Source: Mycobacteriales bacterium (GTDB taxonomy: Bacteria; Actinomycetota; Actinomycetes; BP-191). From it: DNA of 64,000 bases. The position numbers and the translations under genes were made by a program. The notes under the pieces are model-generated. The model did no database searches and was not told the origin of the DNA. It saw nothing but the letters and a program-made list of their open reading frames with translations. The DNA lies in the NCBI GenBank assembly GCA_036382875.1, contig DASVPJ010000041.1, positions 2,505-66,504 of the forward strand, read 5' to 3'. Position 1 is the first letter of the stretch. Each line of letters opens with the position of its first letter. Shown here piece after piece: positions 44,437 to 55,294 of this stretch.

Positions 44437-45953
44437 GCCGGCTCGGCCCGTCCGTCGACGGATCCCTGTCCACCCTGGCCGTCGTCGCCGCCGGCGTCGT
44501 GGTGCTGTCGTTCGTCGCCATCAGCAACACCGGCGCGAGCTCCGTCGGCCTGCCCGGCACGGGCGTCGTCGTCGACGGCGGCACCGGCAACGGCACGACC
44601 GGCAACGGCACCACCGGCAACGGCACCACGAACACGGCCGGCGGCAAGACCGGCACGTCCGGCGGCGGGGTCGTGACCGACCCGAAGACCGGCAAGATCA
44701 CGGTCCCGCAGCCGCGCGGCGTCGAGTGCCGGGCGGGCGCCAACGGCGGCAAGACCGACCGCGGCGTGACCTCGACCGAGATCAAGCTCGGCGCGACGGT
44801 CGTGCAGACCGGCATCGGCACGAGCTTCCTCGGCCCGGTCGTGACCGGGATGAACGCCGTCAAGAACAAGGTCAACCGCGAGGGCGGCATCTGCGGCCGC
44901 AAGATCACCCTCAAGGTCAAGGACGACGGCTGGGACGCGCAGCGCGGCTACGGCTACATCCGCAACCTGGTCGAGGGCGAGCAGGTGTTCGCGCTCGCCG
45001 TGAACCCGTCGTCCGAGGGCCTGCGCATCGCGAGCCGCGAGGGCTACTTCGTCAAGACCCAGACGCCGGTCCTCGGCACCGACGGCATGCTCAACAGCCA
45101 GTACGTCGACCCGTGGATCTGGCCGGTGGCCGCGTCGACCGTCTCGACGATGCACATCATGGCCAAGGACGCGTACGACCGGCTCGACGCGCGCAGCTTC
45201 TCGATCGTCTACGACAACCAGTACCACTTCGGCGTCGAGGGCGCGTTCGCGTACAACGCCGCGGTGAAGCGGCTCACCGGCAAGGACATCCCGGGTTACG
45301 GCTCCGGCGGCTGCAGCACGCGGTACTGCGCGATCACCGCCGGCCGGTCGAGCTACTCGACCGAGAGCAAGGCGTTCAACGACGCCTGCTTCAACGGCGA
45401 CAACGAGTGCGACTTCCTCGCGCTGCTGCTCGAGCCGAACGAGGCGCTGACGTTCGTCCGCGACGGGTTCGGCCGCGAGTTCACCGCCGGCATGGGCCTG
45501 GCGCAGACGCTGTTCAGCGAGTCGTTCGCCAAGTCGTGCGCCTCGACGTGCGAGGGCGCGACCGTCTGGACCGGCTACCTGCCGCCCGTCGGCGCGAACG
45601 CGAGCAAGCCGGCCGTCGCCGAGTACGTGCGCGACGTGCGGTCGGTGAAGCCGGACATCGACGTCTACAACCAGTTCCTCGAGGGCGGCTACCTCGGCAT
45701 GCGCTACACGGTCGACGTGCTGAAGAAGGTCGGGCCGTACCTCACCCGCCCGGGCGTCATGGCCGTGGCCGACGCGATGCCGTACGACATCGGCCTGTCG
45801 TCGCCGCTGAAGTGGGCCAAGGGCAACCACTACGCGAACGCCTCGATGCAGCCGTTCATCATCCAGTACCAGGGCGGCTTCAACGGCTTCCGCAGCCCGG
45901 GCATCGGCTGGGTCAAGGACCCCTGGGTCGGCCTCGACGCGCCGAAGGACTAG
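44433..45953 (+). CDS. ABC transporter substrate-binding protein (branched-chain amino acid/LivK-like, periplasmic binding protein type I)
   Basis: ATGA-coupled; N-terminal anchor then Gly/Thr-rich linker; PBP type I fold signatures. Confidence 0.8.
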   Translation: MSRLGPSVDGSLSTLAVVAAGVVVLSFVAISNTGASSVGLPGTGVVVDGGTGNGTTGNGTTGNGTTNTAGGKTGTSGGGVVTDPKTGKITVPQPRGVECRAGANGGKTDRGVTSTEIKLGATVVQTGIGTSFLGPVVTGMNAVKNKVNREGGICGRKITLKVKDDGWDAQRGYGYIRNLVEGEQVFALAVNPSSEGLRIASREGYFVKTQTPVLGTDGMLNSQYVDPWIWPVAASTVSTMHIMAKDAYDRLDARSFSIVYDNQYHFGVEGAFAYNAAVKRLTGKDIPGYGSGGCSTRYCAITAGRSSYSTESKAFNDACFNGDNECDFLALLLEPNEALTFVRDGFGREFTAGMGLAQTLFSESFAKSCASTCEGATVWTGYLPPVGANASKPAVAEYVRDVRSVKPDIDVYNQFLEGGYLGMRYTVDVLKKVGPYLTRPGVMAVADAMPYDIGLSSPLKWAKGNHYANASMQPFIIQYQGGFNGFRSPGIGWVKDPWVGLDAPKD

Positions 45954-45965
45954 GGGTACCGGACC

Positions 45966-48959
45966 GTGCTCGACCTGATCGTCTACCTCCTGCTGTCGCT
46001 GCCGCTCGTCGGCGCGTACGCGATGCTCGGCGTGGGCATCGTGGTCATCTTCCGGGCGTCCCGGGTGCTCAACCTGGCGCACGGCGCGATGGCGATGCTG
46101 CCCGCGTACGTGGCGTACGAGCTGTCCGTGCAGCGGCACCTGCCGATGGTGCTCGTCGTGCCGGTGGCGGTCGCCTCCGGCGGCGCGCTCGGCGTGCTGA
46201 CCGAGCGGGTGTTCGTCCGCACGCTGCGCCGCCAGGGCCCGACCGCGCAGACCGTCGGCACCGTCGCGATGTTCGGCCTCGTCGTGTCGATCGTCGCCAA
46301 GGTCTGGGGCACCGCCCCGCTCATCGGCCCGCGGGTCTTCCCCGACGGCGGGCCGAAGCTGTCCGGCAGCACGATCTTCTGGGGCGACCTCGGCCTGTTC
46401 TTCACGGCCGTCGTCGCGGCCGGCGCGCTGCTCGCGGTGTTCCAGTTCACCGACCTCGGCCTGTCGCTGCGTGGTGCCGCCGACAACCGCGTCGCCGCCG
46501 CGCTGGTCGGCATCGACCCCGACCGCAACGCGCGCGTCGCGTGGCTGATCGGCGGCTCGCTGGCCGGTGTCGCCGGCGTGCTGCTCGGTGGCGTGAACAA
46601 CCTCAGCCCGTACACCCTGTCGCTGCAGATGCTCCCCGCGTTCGTCGCGGCGCTGATCGGCGGCCTGGCGAGCCTCACCGGCGTGCTCGTCGGCGCGGCC
46701 TGCGTCGGCTTCCTCCAGGGCCTGGTGCCCGCGATGGGCCTGCTCGCGCCGCTGCGCCGGATCTCCGGCCAGCTCGGTCTCTCGCAGCTCGTCCTGACGA
46801 TCATCGCGCTGTCCGTGATGTACCTGCGCGGCGGCAAGTACTCGCAGACCGACATCCGCGCCGAGCAGGCGACCGGCACCGCCGAGGTCACCGCCGGGCG
46901 GCGCCGGTTCGAGCCGACGCTGCCGGTCGCGCGCCGCAAGCTGCTCGGCGTCCAGATCCGCGCCTGGCGGTACCTGCTGCTGATCGTGCTGCTCGCCTGG
47001 CCGTTCGTCGGGCTCAGCGAGAGCCGCCAGTTCGCGCTGCTCGGCGACGCGTCGCAGGCCGGGCTCTACACGATCGCGGCCGCGTCCATCGTGCTGCTCA
47101 CCGGATGGGTCGGCCAGATCTCGCTCGCGCAGGCGGCGTTCGTCGGCATCGGCGCGTTCTCCACGGCCATCGTCATCCGCGGCTGGCACCTGGGCTTCCC
47201 GCTCAACCTGCTGCTCGCCGGCGCGATCGCGGCCGGCGCGGCGATCGTGCTCGGCCTCGTCGCGCTGCGGGTCCGCGGCCTCTACCTCGCGGTCGCGACG
47301 CTGATCTTCGCGTACATGGCCGACGCGTACCTGTTCGTGTCGCCGTGGTTCTCCGGCGAGGGCGGCTCCTCCAGCGCCAACGTCGAGCCGGTCGGCCGGG
47401 CGGGCACGCAGCCGTACTTCGACTTCAGCGAGCGCAAGACGTTCTACTTCGTCGTCCTCGCCGTCGCGGCGGCGGTCATCTTCGGCCTGCTGAACCTGCG
47501 TGACTCCAAGACCGGCCGCGCGTTCTTCGCGGTGCGCGGCTCGGAGACGGCGGCCGCGTCGCTCGGCATCGACGTGCGGCGCTACAAGCTGATCGCGTTC
47601 GCGGTCGCCGGCGGCATCGCGGGCATCGCGGGCAACCTGACGTTCATCGGCCAGGGCACGGTCGTCAGCGCGCAGTTCAACATCAGCGCGTCGCTGCTGA
47701 TCCTCGCCATCGCCGTCGTCGGCGGCCTGCAGAGCCTGGGCGGCTGCGTCGCGGCGTCGATCGTGTTCGCCGCGCTGAACGAGCTGTTCTTCCGGGTCGA
47801 GGCGCTGGCCGGCTACCTGGAGATCGCCTCCGCGGTGCTGCTCGCGGCGGTCCTGCTCGTCTACCCGGGCGGCCTCGCCGCGATCCCGCACTCGGTCGCG
47901 CGCTACCTCGCGCCGCTCACCGCCCGGGTCCGCGCGTGGGCCGACGAGAACGAGGTCCCCGAGCGCCTCGAACGGCTCCGGTCGACCGGAGCGCTGGGCC
48001 GCGTGCGCAACGCCATGCCCTGGAACAGGAAGCCGAGCACGCCGGTGGGCATCCAGCCCGCCGAGCCGAAGCCCATCCGGATGCCGGCCGTCGCGCCGGT
48101 CGCCCAGGCGGCCGAGCCCGGCGAGGAGCTGCCGGTCAAGGTGCACCTGCCGGAGGGCGGCGTCTCGTCGGTCATCGACGTGCGCGGCGTCCGCGTGGAG
48201 TTCGACGGCCTGGTGGCCGTGGACAACGCCGACCTGCAGGTCGGCCCCGGCGAGATCGTCGGCCTCATCGGCCCGAACGGCGCCGGCAAGACCACGCTGT
48301 TCAACGCGATCTCCGGCCTCGTCACCCCGACGTCGGGCACGGTGTCGCTGTTCGGCGAGGACGTGACGGAGCTGCCCGTGCACGAGCGGGCGCGCCGCGG
48401 CCTCGGCCGGACGTTCCAGGCGATCCAGCTCTTCCCGCAGCTCTCGGTCTACGAGAACCTGCTGGTCGCCACGCACGCGAGCAACCCGACCGGGCTGTAC
48501 GCCCACGTGTTCCTCACCCGCCGCGGCGTGCGGCACGAGGCGGCGGCCGAGGAGTCGGTGAAGCGGGCGATCCGCTTCATGCGGCTCGAGCCGTTCGCCG
48601 ACCGCACGGTCGCCGGGCTGCCGTTCGGCGTGCTGCGCCGCGTGGAGATCGCGCGGACGCTCGTCGGCGGCTGGCCGGTCGTCATGCTCGACGAGCCGGC
48701 CTCCGGCCTCGACAACGCCGAGACCGACCAGCTCTCCGAGCTGCTGCTCGACCTGCGCGCGCGCCTCGGCGTGTCGTTGCTGCTGATCGAGCACGACGTC
48801 CGGATGGTGACGGGCGTCTCCGACCGGATGTACGTGCTCGTGCACGGCAAGATGGTCGCCTCCGGCACCCCGGACGTGGTCCGCGAGGACCCGACCGTCA
48901 TCGCGGCGTACCTCGGCGAGGCCGCCGTCGCCCCGACCACGGAAACGGTGCCGGCATGA
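45966..48959 (+). CDS. Fused ABC transporter permease-permease-ATPase (LivH-LivM-LivG-like in a single 997-aa ORF)
   Basis: No stop across two branched-chain permease domains and one NBD (Walker A GPNGAGKTT, signature LSGG-like LPFGVLRR, Walker B VVMLDEPASGLD). Confidence 0.75.
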   Translation: MLDLIVYLLLSLPLVGAYAMLGVGIVVIFRASRVLNLAHGAMAMLPAYVAYELSVQRHLPMVLVVPVAVASGGALGVLTERVFVRTLRRQGPTAQTVGTVAMFGLVVSIVAKVWGTAPLIGPRVFPDGGPKLSGSTIFWGDLGLFFTAVVAAGALLAVFQFTDLGLSLRGAADNRVAAALVGIDPDRNARVAWLIGGSLAGVAGVLLGGVNNLSPYTLSLQMLPAFVAALIGGLASLTGVLVGAACVGFLQGLVPAMGLLAPLRRISGQLGLSQLVLTIIALSVMYLRGGKYSQTDIRAEQATGTAEVTAGRRRFEPTLPVARRKLLGVQIRAWRYLLLIVLLAWPFVGLSESRQFALLGDASQAGLYTIAAASIVLLTGWVGQISLAQAAFVGIGAFSTAIVIRGWHLGFPLNLLLAGAIAAGAAIVLGLVALRVRGLYLAVATLIFAYMADAYLFVSPWFSGEGGSSSANVEPVGRAGTQPYFDFSERKTFYFVVLAVAAAVIFGLLNLRDSKTGRAFFAVRGSETAAASLGIDVRRYKLIAFAVAGGIAGIAGNLTFIGQGTVVSAQFNISASLLILAIAVVGGLQSLGGCVAASIVFAALNELFFRVEALAGYLEIASAVLLAAVLLVYPGGLAAIPHSVARYLAPLTARVRAWADENEVPERLERLRSTGALGRVRNAMPWNRKPSTPVGIQPAEPKPIRMPAVAPVAQAAEPGEELPVKVHLPEGGVSSVIDVRGVRVEFDGLVAVDNADLQVGPGEIVGLIGPNGAGKTTLFNAISGLVTPTSGTVSLFGEDVTELPVHERARRGLGRTFQAIQLFPQLSVYENLLVATHASNPTGLYAHVFLTRRGVRHEAAAEESVKRAIRFMRLEPFADRTVAGLPFGVLRRVEIARTLVGGWPVVMLDEPASGLDNAETDQLSELLLDLRARLGVSLLLIEHDVRMVTGVSDRMYVLVHGKMVASGTPDVVREDPTVIAAYLGEAAVAPTTETVPA

Positions 48960-49696
48960 CCGCCCTCCTCGACGTCCGCGGCCTCGACGTCTCGTACGGC
49001 GCGGTGACCGCGCTGCGCGACGTGGACCTCACCGTCGGCGCGGGCGAGGTCGTCGCCGTCGTCGGCGCGAACGGCGCCGGCAAGTCGACGCTGCTCAAGA
49101 CCGTCTCCGGGCTGCTCTCGCCGGTGCGGGGCGAGATCGTGTTCGACGGCGAGGACATCGCGGGCAAGCCGGCGTTCGACGTCGTGAAGCGCGGCCTCAC
49201 GCTGCTGCCGGAGGGCCGCGAGCTGTTCCGCGACCTGTCGGTGCTCGACAACCTGCACCTCGGCTTCTGGCCGACCCGCAAGCCCACGTCGCTGCGCGAC
49301 GAGCGGGTCGAGCGGGCGTTCGACATCTTCCCGCGGCTCAAGGAGCGCGCCCACCAGCGCGCGTCCACGCTGTCCGGCGGCGAGGCGCAGATGCTCGGCG
49401 TCGCGCGCGCGCTGATGTGCTCGCCGAAGCTGCTCGTCGTCGACGAGCTCTCGCTCGGCCTCGCGCCGAAGGTCGTGTCGCAGCTCTTCGACGTGCTCGG
49501 CGAGGTCAACGCCGCCGGCACCAGCCTGCTGCTGGTCGAGCAGTTCGTGCACCTCGCGCTCGAGCACTCGCACCGCGCGTACGTGCTCGCCAAGGGCTCG
49601 GTCGCGCTGTCCGGCCCGAGCAGCGAGCTGCTCGCGGACCCGGCCGTCGTGGCGTCGTACCTCGGCGGGTCCGCGCCCGTACCCGCGGCCACGTGA
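48956..49696 (+). CDS. ABC transporter ATP-binding protein (LivF-like)
   Basis: ATGA-coupled; Walker A GANGAGKST, ABC signature LSGGEAQ, Walker B LLVVDELSLGLAP. Confidence 0.85.
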   Translation: MTALLDVRGLDVSYGAVTALRDVDLTVGAGEVVAVVGANGAGKSTLLKTVSGLLSPVRGEIVFDGEDIAGKPAFDVVKRGLTLLPEGRELFRDLSVLDNLHLGFWPTRKPTSLRDERVERAFDIFPRLKERAHQRASTLSGGEAQMLGVARALMCSPKLLVVDELSLGLAPKVVSQLFDVLGEVNAAGTSLLLVEQFVHLALEHSHRAYVLAKGSVALSGPSSELLADPAVVASYLGGSAPVPAAT

Positions 49697-50247
49697 TGCG
49701 CAGGGCGTTCGTCGCCGGTGCCGCCGTGCTCGCCCTCGTGGCGCTGGCGGTGGGGTCGTTCGCCCTCACCCGCGACGAGAAGCCGGCGCTGACCCGCGCG
49801 CAGTACGAGGCGTGGGAGAGCGCGATGCTGCCGGAGCTCCAGGCGGGCGGCCGCACCGTCGAGCAGGGCATGAAGGCCGCGATCGACGACCTGCAGAACC
49901 GCCACGTCGTCCCGCCCGCGACGATCGCCACCGAGGCGGACGCCTGGGTGGAGTCGCTGACCGCGACGAAGGGCCGGGTGGCCGCGGTCGTGACGCCGGA
50001 CGTGCTCAAGCCCGCGCAGCGGGACTTCCTGGCGGCGCTGGACGGTTACGTAGCGGCGGCGCGCGAGTTCAAGAAGGCGGCGCTGGCCCCGGAGGGGGCG
50101 GCGCGGCAGACGCTGGTGGAGAACGGCATCCGGCACGGCGAGGCGGCCGACGACATCTACGACCGGGGCGGGTTCCTCGTGCAGGACGTGCGCCGGTCGG
50201 TGGGACTGCCCGAGAGCGACAACTTCCCGAGGAGATCCGTTGAATAG
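49696..50247 (+). CDS. Membrane-anchored hypothetical protein
   Basis: Start GTG 49693/ATG 49696 abutting upstream stop; N-terminal TM (FVAGAAVLALVALAVGSFAL). Confidence 0.5.
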   Translation: MRRAFVAGAAVLALVALAVGSFALTRDEKPALTRAQYEAWESAMLPELQAGGRTVEQGMKAAIDDLQNRHVVPPATIATEADAWVESLTATKGRVAAVVTPDVLKPAQRDFLAALDGYVAAAREFKKAALAPEGAARQTLVENGIRHGEAADDIYDRGGFLVQDVRRSVGLPESDNFPRRSVE

Positions 50248-50845
50248 CACCCCCGCCCGCACCACGCTGGCGGTCCTGGCCGTGGCGGCGCTCGCCGCCT
50301 GCGGTGGTGGCGACAAGCCCAAGACCGAGGCGAGCGGCGCTCCCGCGCCCACCGCTCCGGTCGTCGCCATCATGACCTCGACCCCCACGCCGTCGTCCGG
50401 CACCGCGTCCACCAAGCCCGGCACCGGCGCCACCCCCGGCGCGAGCCGCGGCACGACCGGCGCGACGACGGGCGCGACGCCCGGCGGCAGCACCGCCCCC
50501 GGCGGCACCCCCGCGGCGAACCCCACGAACGGCGCGGGCACGATGGACATCGACGCCAAGATGTCGAAGACCTGCCTGAGGCCCGGCGACTCGGTCACCG
50601 TGACGCTGCACGGCCGCCCCGGCATGAACGTCGTCCACAACGCCACCTACGCGGACGGCAAGGACGGCGAGGTGCACGGCGGCAAGGAGATGCACGGCAT
50701 GACCGACCAGAACGGTCAGTACACCGGCACCTGGACGCTGCGTCCCTCCGCGCCGGTCGGCGACGCGACGCTCTACCTCGCGGCCGTCGACTACATGGGC
50801 AGCGGCCACGACCACCTGCCGTTCCGGGTCTCGCTGAGCTGCTGA
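50240..50845 (+). CDS. Lipoprotein with Thr/Gly/Pro-rich linker
   Basis: TTG after GAGGAG SD; lipobox LAAC; low-complexity linker then about 95-aa domain. Confidence 0.55.
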   Translation: MNSTPARTTLAVLAVAALAACGGGDKPKTEASGAPAPTAPVVAIMTSTPTPSSGTASTKPGTGATPGASRGTTGATTGATPGGSTAPGGTPAANPTNGAGTMDIDAKMSKTCLRPGDSVTVTLHGRPGMNVVHNATYADGKDGEVHGGKEMHGMTDQNGQYTGTWTLRPSAPVGDATLYLAAVDYMGSGHDHLPFRVSLSC

Positions 50846-50894
50846 GCCGAACCACGGGGGACCACGCCCCAGCCGTGGACGAAGGAGCCCGCCC

Positions 50895-51137
50895 ATGCGC
50901 AAGTCGCTCGGCCTGGCCGCCGTCGCGGCCGTCGCGGTGTCGATCGTGCCCGCGACGGCCGAGACCGGGGACCCGACCCTCTGCTACGAGGTGACCCGGA
51001 CCGGCACCGTCGGGCCGCCGGTGCACGTCGGCCCGATCTGCGTCCCGTTCTACGACGGCCCGGTGAACTGCCAGCCCACGACCGTGACCACGACGCCGTT
51101 GAACGTCATCACGATCTCGTGGTGCGTCCCGCGCTGA
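50895..51137 (+). CDS. Small secreted Cys-containing protein (80 aa)
   Basis: ATG after GAAGGAG SD; signal peptide; 4 Cys. Confidence 0.45.
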   Translation: MRKSLGLAAVAAVAVSIVPATAETGDPTLCYEVTRTGTVGPPVHVGPICVPFYDGPVNCQPTTVTTTPLNVITISWCVPR

Positions 51138-51179
51138 CGCCGTAGCGGCGCGCCACGACCCCCCGCGGCGCGCCCCGGC

Positions 51180-52460
51180 TCAGTGCCGGGTCGACGTCTC
51201 GCGCTGGTAGTAGACGCCCCAGCGGTTCTTGGCCACGAACACGCTCATGCCGATGTGCATGCGCCCCTGCCGGTCCAGGCGCACCATCTCGAACTCCGGC
51301 AGGGTCTGCGCGCCCTCCCACATCGGCGTGCGCGTCGTGGTGCCGCTGGTGACGCGGCCGTTGGTCACGCGGGCCCAGTAGAAGTACCAGCCGGACTCGG
51401 CATCGACCTGGCCGGCGGGGGAGCCGAGCCAGACGATCGCCGCCTCACCCGCGCGGCCGCCCGCGACCCACGGCGCCTGGCCGGTGTGGCCGGCGTTGAG
51501 CGGCTTGGGGGCGGTCCAGTGGGCGCCCTTGTCCTTCGACATCGTGTAGAAGACCGGGTTGTCCTTGTCCCGCGGCGCGGCCCACGCGACGTGCAGCCAG
51601 CCCGCCGCGTCCATGCCGATGCTCGGGTAGATCGAGCTCGTCTCGCGCGGGATGTCCGCGATGGGCAGCGTGGTCCACGACGCGCCGCCGTCGTGGCTCG
51701 CCGCGAGCGAGATCTCCTCGGCGTACTTGGGGATCGCCGGGTGGTTGACGCCCGCGCTCATCCGCCGCGAGTAGACCAGGTAGAGGTCCTTGCCGCTGGG
51801 GGAGACGACGAAGTTGCCCTCCCACGTGTACGGCCCGGCGGCGTTCGCGGTGGTGATGGGCACCGCCGGGGAGAACGTCCGGCCGTAGTCGGTCGACTTG
51901 GTGAACCACATCGCCGACGGCGTGCAGCACTGGAGGTCGTGGTAGGTCAGGTACACGGTGCCGGGCGGGCCGCCGACGAGCCAGGGCCGGTCCACGACCG
52001 GGGCCGTGACGGAGACGAGCGAGCCCTCCCAGGACTCGCCGTTGTTGCGGCTGGAGCCGACGGAGAGGTTCCCGACCCACGTGTCGGCGGTGTACATCGT
52101 GCCGCCCGCGTCGAACGCCACGTCGCAGTCCCCGCCCTCGAACGCCGCGTTGCGGGTGTCCGTGGAGGACGGCTCGACGTCGATGGCGCGCCACTTGCGG
52201 CCGCCGTCGGTCGAGAGGTGGAAGTACGACTGGCCGTCCTCGACCGCCGGCACGCCGGACGGGTCGCAGATCAGCATCTGGCTGGGGTTCCTGGGGTTGA
52301 TCGCGAGGCTGGTCTCGCGGTGCGCCTGCGTCCCGCTCACCAGGACGGGCGTGTCCCAGCCCTTCGTCGGGCGTTCGGCCGCCGTCCCGGACGGGGCGGT
52401 GAGCACCGCCACGGACACGGCCGCCGCGGCGGCCCACCAGTACCTGACGTTCGGTCGCAT
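51180..52460 (-). CDS. Secreted BNR/Asp-box repeat protein (sialidase-like beta-propeller)
   Basis: Signal peptide; multiple Asp-boxes SxDxGxTW (STDGGRKW, SRNNGESW, STDYGRTF, SHDGGASW, SKDKGAHW). Confidence 0.75.
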   Translation of the reverse strand: MRPNVRYWWAAAAAVSVAVLTAPSGTAAERPTKGWDTPVLVSGTQAHRETSLAINPRNPSQMLICDPSGVPAVEDGQSYFHLSTDGGRKWRAIDVEPSSTDTRNAAFEGGDCDVAFDAGGTMYTADTWVGNLSVGSSRNNGESWEGSLVSVTAPVVDRPWLVGGPPGTVYLTYHDLQCCTPSAMWFTKSTDYGRTFSPAVPITTANAAGPYTWEGNFVVSPSGKDLYLVYSRRMSAGVNHPAIPKYAEEISLAASHDGGASWTTLPIADIPRETSSIYPSIGMDAAGWLHVAWAAPRDKDNPVFYTMSKDKGAHWTAPKPLNAGHTGQAPWVAGGRAGEAAIVWLGSPAGQVDAESGWYFYWARVTNGRVTSGTTTRTPMWEGAQTLPEFEMVRLDRQGRMHIGMSVFVAKNRWGVYYQRETSTRH

Positions 52461-52535
52461 GGGCGGTGCGCCTCTCGCTGGGGGTACGAACCGCGCGCAC
52501 CCTTCTCCAGCGGGAGGCGCCCCTCCTGCTTGCCG

Positions 52536-54767
52536 TCAGGCCTGGAAGCGCCGGAGCCGCAGGCTGTTGGTGACCACGAACACCGACGAGAACGCCATCG
52601 CGCCGCCCGCGAGCAGCGGCGAGAGCCGCCCGGCCGCCGCGACCGGGATCGCCGCGACGTTGTACGCGAACGCCCAGAACAGGTTCCCCTGGATCGTGCG
52701 CAGCGTCCGCCGGGCCAGCCGGATCGCGGCCGGCGCGGTGCGCAGGTCGCCCCGGACCAGTGTCAGGTCGCTCGCCTCGATCGCCACGTCGGTGCCGGTG
52801 CCCATCGCCAGGCCGAGATCGGCCTGGGCGAGCGCGGCGGCGTCGTTGACGCCGTCGCCGACCATCGCGACGACCCGGCCCTCGGCCTGCAGGCGGCGGA
52901 CCACGTCGACCTTGCCCTCCGGCAGCACCTCCGCGACCACCTCGTCGATCCCGACCTGCGCGGCGATCCCGCGGGCGGTGCGCTCGTTGTCGCCGGTGAG
53001 CAGCACCGGGCGCAGGCCGAGCGCCTTCAGCTCGGCCACCGCGGCGGCGCTGGTCTCCTTCGGCGTGTCGGCGACGACGAGCACCGCGCGTACCGCGCCG
53101 TCCCAGGCCACGAACACCGCCGTCCGGCCGCCCGCCTCCGCGTCCTCGCGGGCCCGGGCGAGCGCGTCGGGAACGGTCAGCGACCACTCGCGCAGCAGCG
53201 CCTCGCGGCCGGCGAGCACCGCGTGCCCGTCCACCACGCCGCTGACGCCGAGCCCGGCCGTGCCGGCGAACGACTCCACCCGCGGCAGCGCCCCGACCTC
53301 CGCGCGGGCGGCGTCCGCGACGGCCCGCGCGATCGGGTGCTCGGAGGCGTTCTCCACCGCGCCGGCGAGCCGCAGCACGTCCGCGCGGCGTTCCGTGGTC
53401 ACCACGTCCACGAGCGTCATCCGGCCGGTCGTCACGGTGCCGGTCTTGTCCAGCACGACGGTGTCGACGCGGCGGGTCGACTCGAGCACCTCGGGGCCCT
53501 TGATGAGGATTCCGAGCTGCGCGCCGCGGCCGGTGCCGACCAGCAGCGCGGTCGGCGTGGCCAGGCCCAGCGCGCACGGGCAGGCGATGATCAGCACCGC
53601 GACCGCGGCCTCGAACGCCCGCTCCACCCCCGCGCCGTCCAGCAGCCAGTAGGCGAGCGTGGCGAGCGCCAGCGCGATGACCACCGGCACGAACACCGCC
53701 GAGACGCGGTCGGCCAGCCGCTGCACCGGCGCCTTGCCGGACTGCGCCTCGGTCACCAGCCGCGCGATGCGGGCCAGCGCGGTGTCCGCGCCGACGCGCG
53801 TGGCCCGGACGGTCAGGACGCCGCCGGCGTTGACCGTCGCGCCGGTCACCGCGTCGCCGGGCCCTACCTCGACCGGCACCGACTCGCCGGTGAGCATGCT
53901 CTCGTCCACCGCGGACTGGCCGTCGGTGACGACGCCGTCGGTGGCGATGCGTTCGCCGGGGCGGACCAGGAACAGGTCGCCCGCCTGCAGCTCCGCCACG
54001 GCCACCCGGGTCTCGACGCCGTCGCGGAGGACCGCGACGTCCTTCGCACCGAGCTCGAGCAGCGCCTTGAGCGCCGCGCCCGAACGCCGCTTCGCCCGCG
54101 CCTCGAACCACCGGCCCAGCACGATCAGCGTCGTCACGCCGGCCGCGACCTCGAGGTAGACGTCGGGCATCCCGTGCGCGCCCATCCGCATCCCCGGCTC
54201 GCCGGCGCCGCCCCAGAACAGCGCCCACACCGACCAGCCGAACGCCGCCGTCACGCCGACCGAGATCAGCGTGTCCATCGTCGCGGCGCCGTGCCGGGCC
54301 TTGACCGCCGCCGCGTGGTGGAACGGCCAGGCGCCGTAGACCACGACCGGCGCGGCGAGCGCGAACGCGAGCCACTGCCAGAAGCGGAACTGCAGTGCCG
54401 GCACCATCGACAGGAGCACCACCGGCACCGACAGCGTGGCGGAGACGAGCAGCCGCATGCGCAGCGTCTCGGGGCCGCCGTGGTCGTGCGGGTCGGCGGC
54501 CGCCGCGTGCGCGCCGGGCGCGCCGTGCCCGCCGTCCGCGTCGTGCCGCGCGGGGCGGGGGAGGGCCGCCCGGTAGCCGGTGGCCTCGACCGTGCGGACC
54601 AGGTCGTCGGGAGCGACGACGTCCGGGTCGTACGTCACCGACGCCTGCTCGGTGGCGTAGTTGACCGACGCCGTGACGCCGTCGAGGCGGTTCAGCTTCT
54701 TCTCGATCCTGGCGGCGCACGACGCGCACGTCATGCCGCCGATCGCCAGGTCGAGCCGCTCGGTCAT
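52536..54767 (-). CDS. copA: Copper-translocating P1B-type ATPase
   Basis: HMA domain [11 protein letters not shown] motif ([13 protein letters not shown]), DKTGTVT phosphorylation site, [10 protein letters not shown]. Confidence 0.9.
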   Translation of the reverse strand: MTERLDLAIGGMTCASCAARIEKKLNRLDGVTASVNYATEQASVTYDPDVVAPDDLVRTVEATGYRAALPRPARHDADGGHGAPGAHAAAADPHDHGGPETLRMRLLVSATLSVPVVLLSMVPALQFRFWQWLAFALAAPVVVYGAWPFHHAAAVKARHGAATMDTLISVGVTAAFGWSVWALFWGGAGEPGMRMGAHGMPDVYLEVAAGVTTLIVLGRWFEARAKRRSGAALKALLELGAKDVAVLRDGVETRVAVAELQAGDLFLVRPGERIATDGVVTDGQSAVDESMLTGESVPVEVGPGDAVTGATVNAGGVLTVRATRVGADTALARIARLVTEAQSGKAPVQRLADRVSAVFVPVVIALALATLAYWLLDGAGVERAFEAAVAVLIIACPCALGLATPTALLVGTGRGAQLGILIKGPEVLESTRRVDTVVLDKTGTVTTGRMTLVDVVTTERRADVLRLAGAVENASEHPIARAVADAARAEVGALPRVESFAGTAGLGVSGVVDGHAVLAGREALLREWSLTVPDALARAREDAEAGGRTAVFVAWDGAVRAVLVVADTPKETSAAAVAELKALGLRPVLLTGDNERTARGIAAQVGIDEVVAEVLPEGKVDVVRRLQAEGRVVAMVGDGVNDAAALAQADLGLAMGTGTDVAIEASDLTLVRGDLRTAPAAIRLARRTLRTIQGNLFWAFAYNVAAIPVAAAGRLSPLLAGGAMAFSSVFVVTNSLRLRRFQA

Positions 54768-54970
54768 GATCCGGCGACGGCGTAGCCGGCCTCGTCCACG
54801 GCGGCGCGCACCGCGCCGTCGTCGATCGAGTCGCCGGTCACCGTCAGGGTCTTGGAGCCGAGGTCCACGGTGACGTCGGACAGGCCCGCCACCTTGGAGA
54901 CCTCCTCCGTCACGGCGGCGACGCAGTGGCCGCAGGTCATGCCGTCGACGGTGTAGGTGCGCGTGCTCAT
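54764..54970 (-). CDS. copZ: Copper chaperone (HMA domain)
   Basis: MTCGHCV metal-binding motif; ATGA overlap with copA. Confidence 0.85.
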   Translation of the reverse strand: MSTRTYTVDGMTCGHCVAAVTEEVSKVAGLSDVTVDLGSKTLTVTGDSIDDGAVRAAVDEAGYAVAGS

Positions 54971-54984
54971 GGTGTCTCCTGTTC

Positions 54985-55266
54985 CTACGAGCGGACGAGG
55001 CGGCGTACGGCCTCGCCGGCTTCGGCGATCTTGGCGTGCGCCTCGGGGCCGCCGGACTCGATCGCGGCGGCGACGCAGTGGTGGAGGTGCTGTTCGAGGA
55101 GGGTCGTCGCCACGGCCTGGAGGGCCTTGGTGGCGGCGGAGATCTGGGTGAGGACGTCGATGCAGTACGCGTCCTCGTCCACCATGCGCTGGAGCCCGCG
55201 TACCTGCCCCTCGACGCGGCGCAGCCGCTTCAGCAGGGCGTCCTTGTCGTCGCTGTACCCGCGCAT
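54985..55266 (-). CDS. csoR: CsoR/RcnR-family copper-sensing transcriptional repressor
   Basis: ATG 55266 after GGAGGAGAG SD; CsoR W-X-Y-Z residues (YCIDVLTQ...HLHHC). Confidence 0.85.
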   Translation of the reverse strand: MRGYSDDKDALLKRLRRVEGQVRGLQRMVDEDAYCIDVLTQISAATKALQAVATTLLEQHLHHCVAAAIESGGPEAHAKIAEAGEAVRRLVRS

Positions 55267-55294
55267 GCTCTCCTCCACGGTCGGGAGGAACAGC

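Noticed and set aside
52536-54729. 1094-aa minus ORF (51445..54729) and 1200-aa + ORF (51183..54785) overlapping copA and the BNR gene
   Set aside because: Wrong-frame or antisense translations with Arg/Gly-rich low complexity; copA (HMA, CPC, DKTGT) and the Asp-box protein are the supported reading frames.
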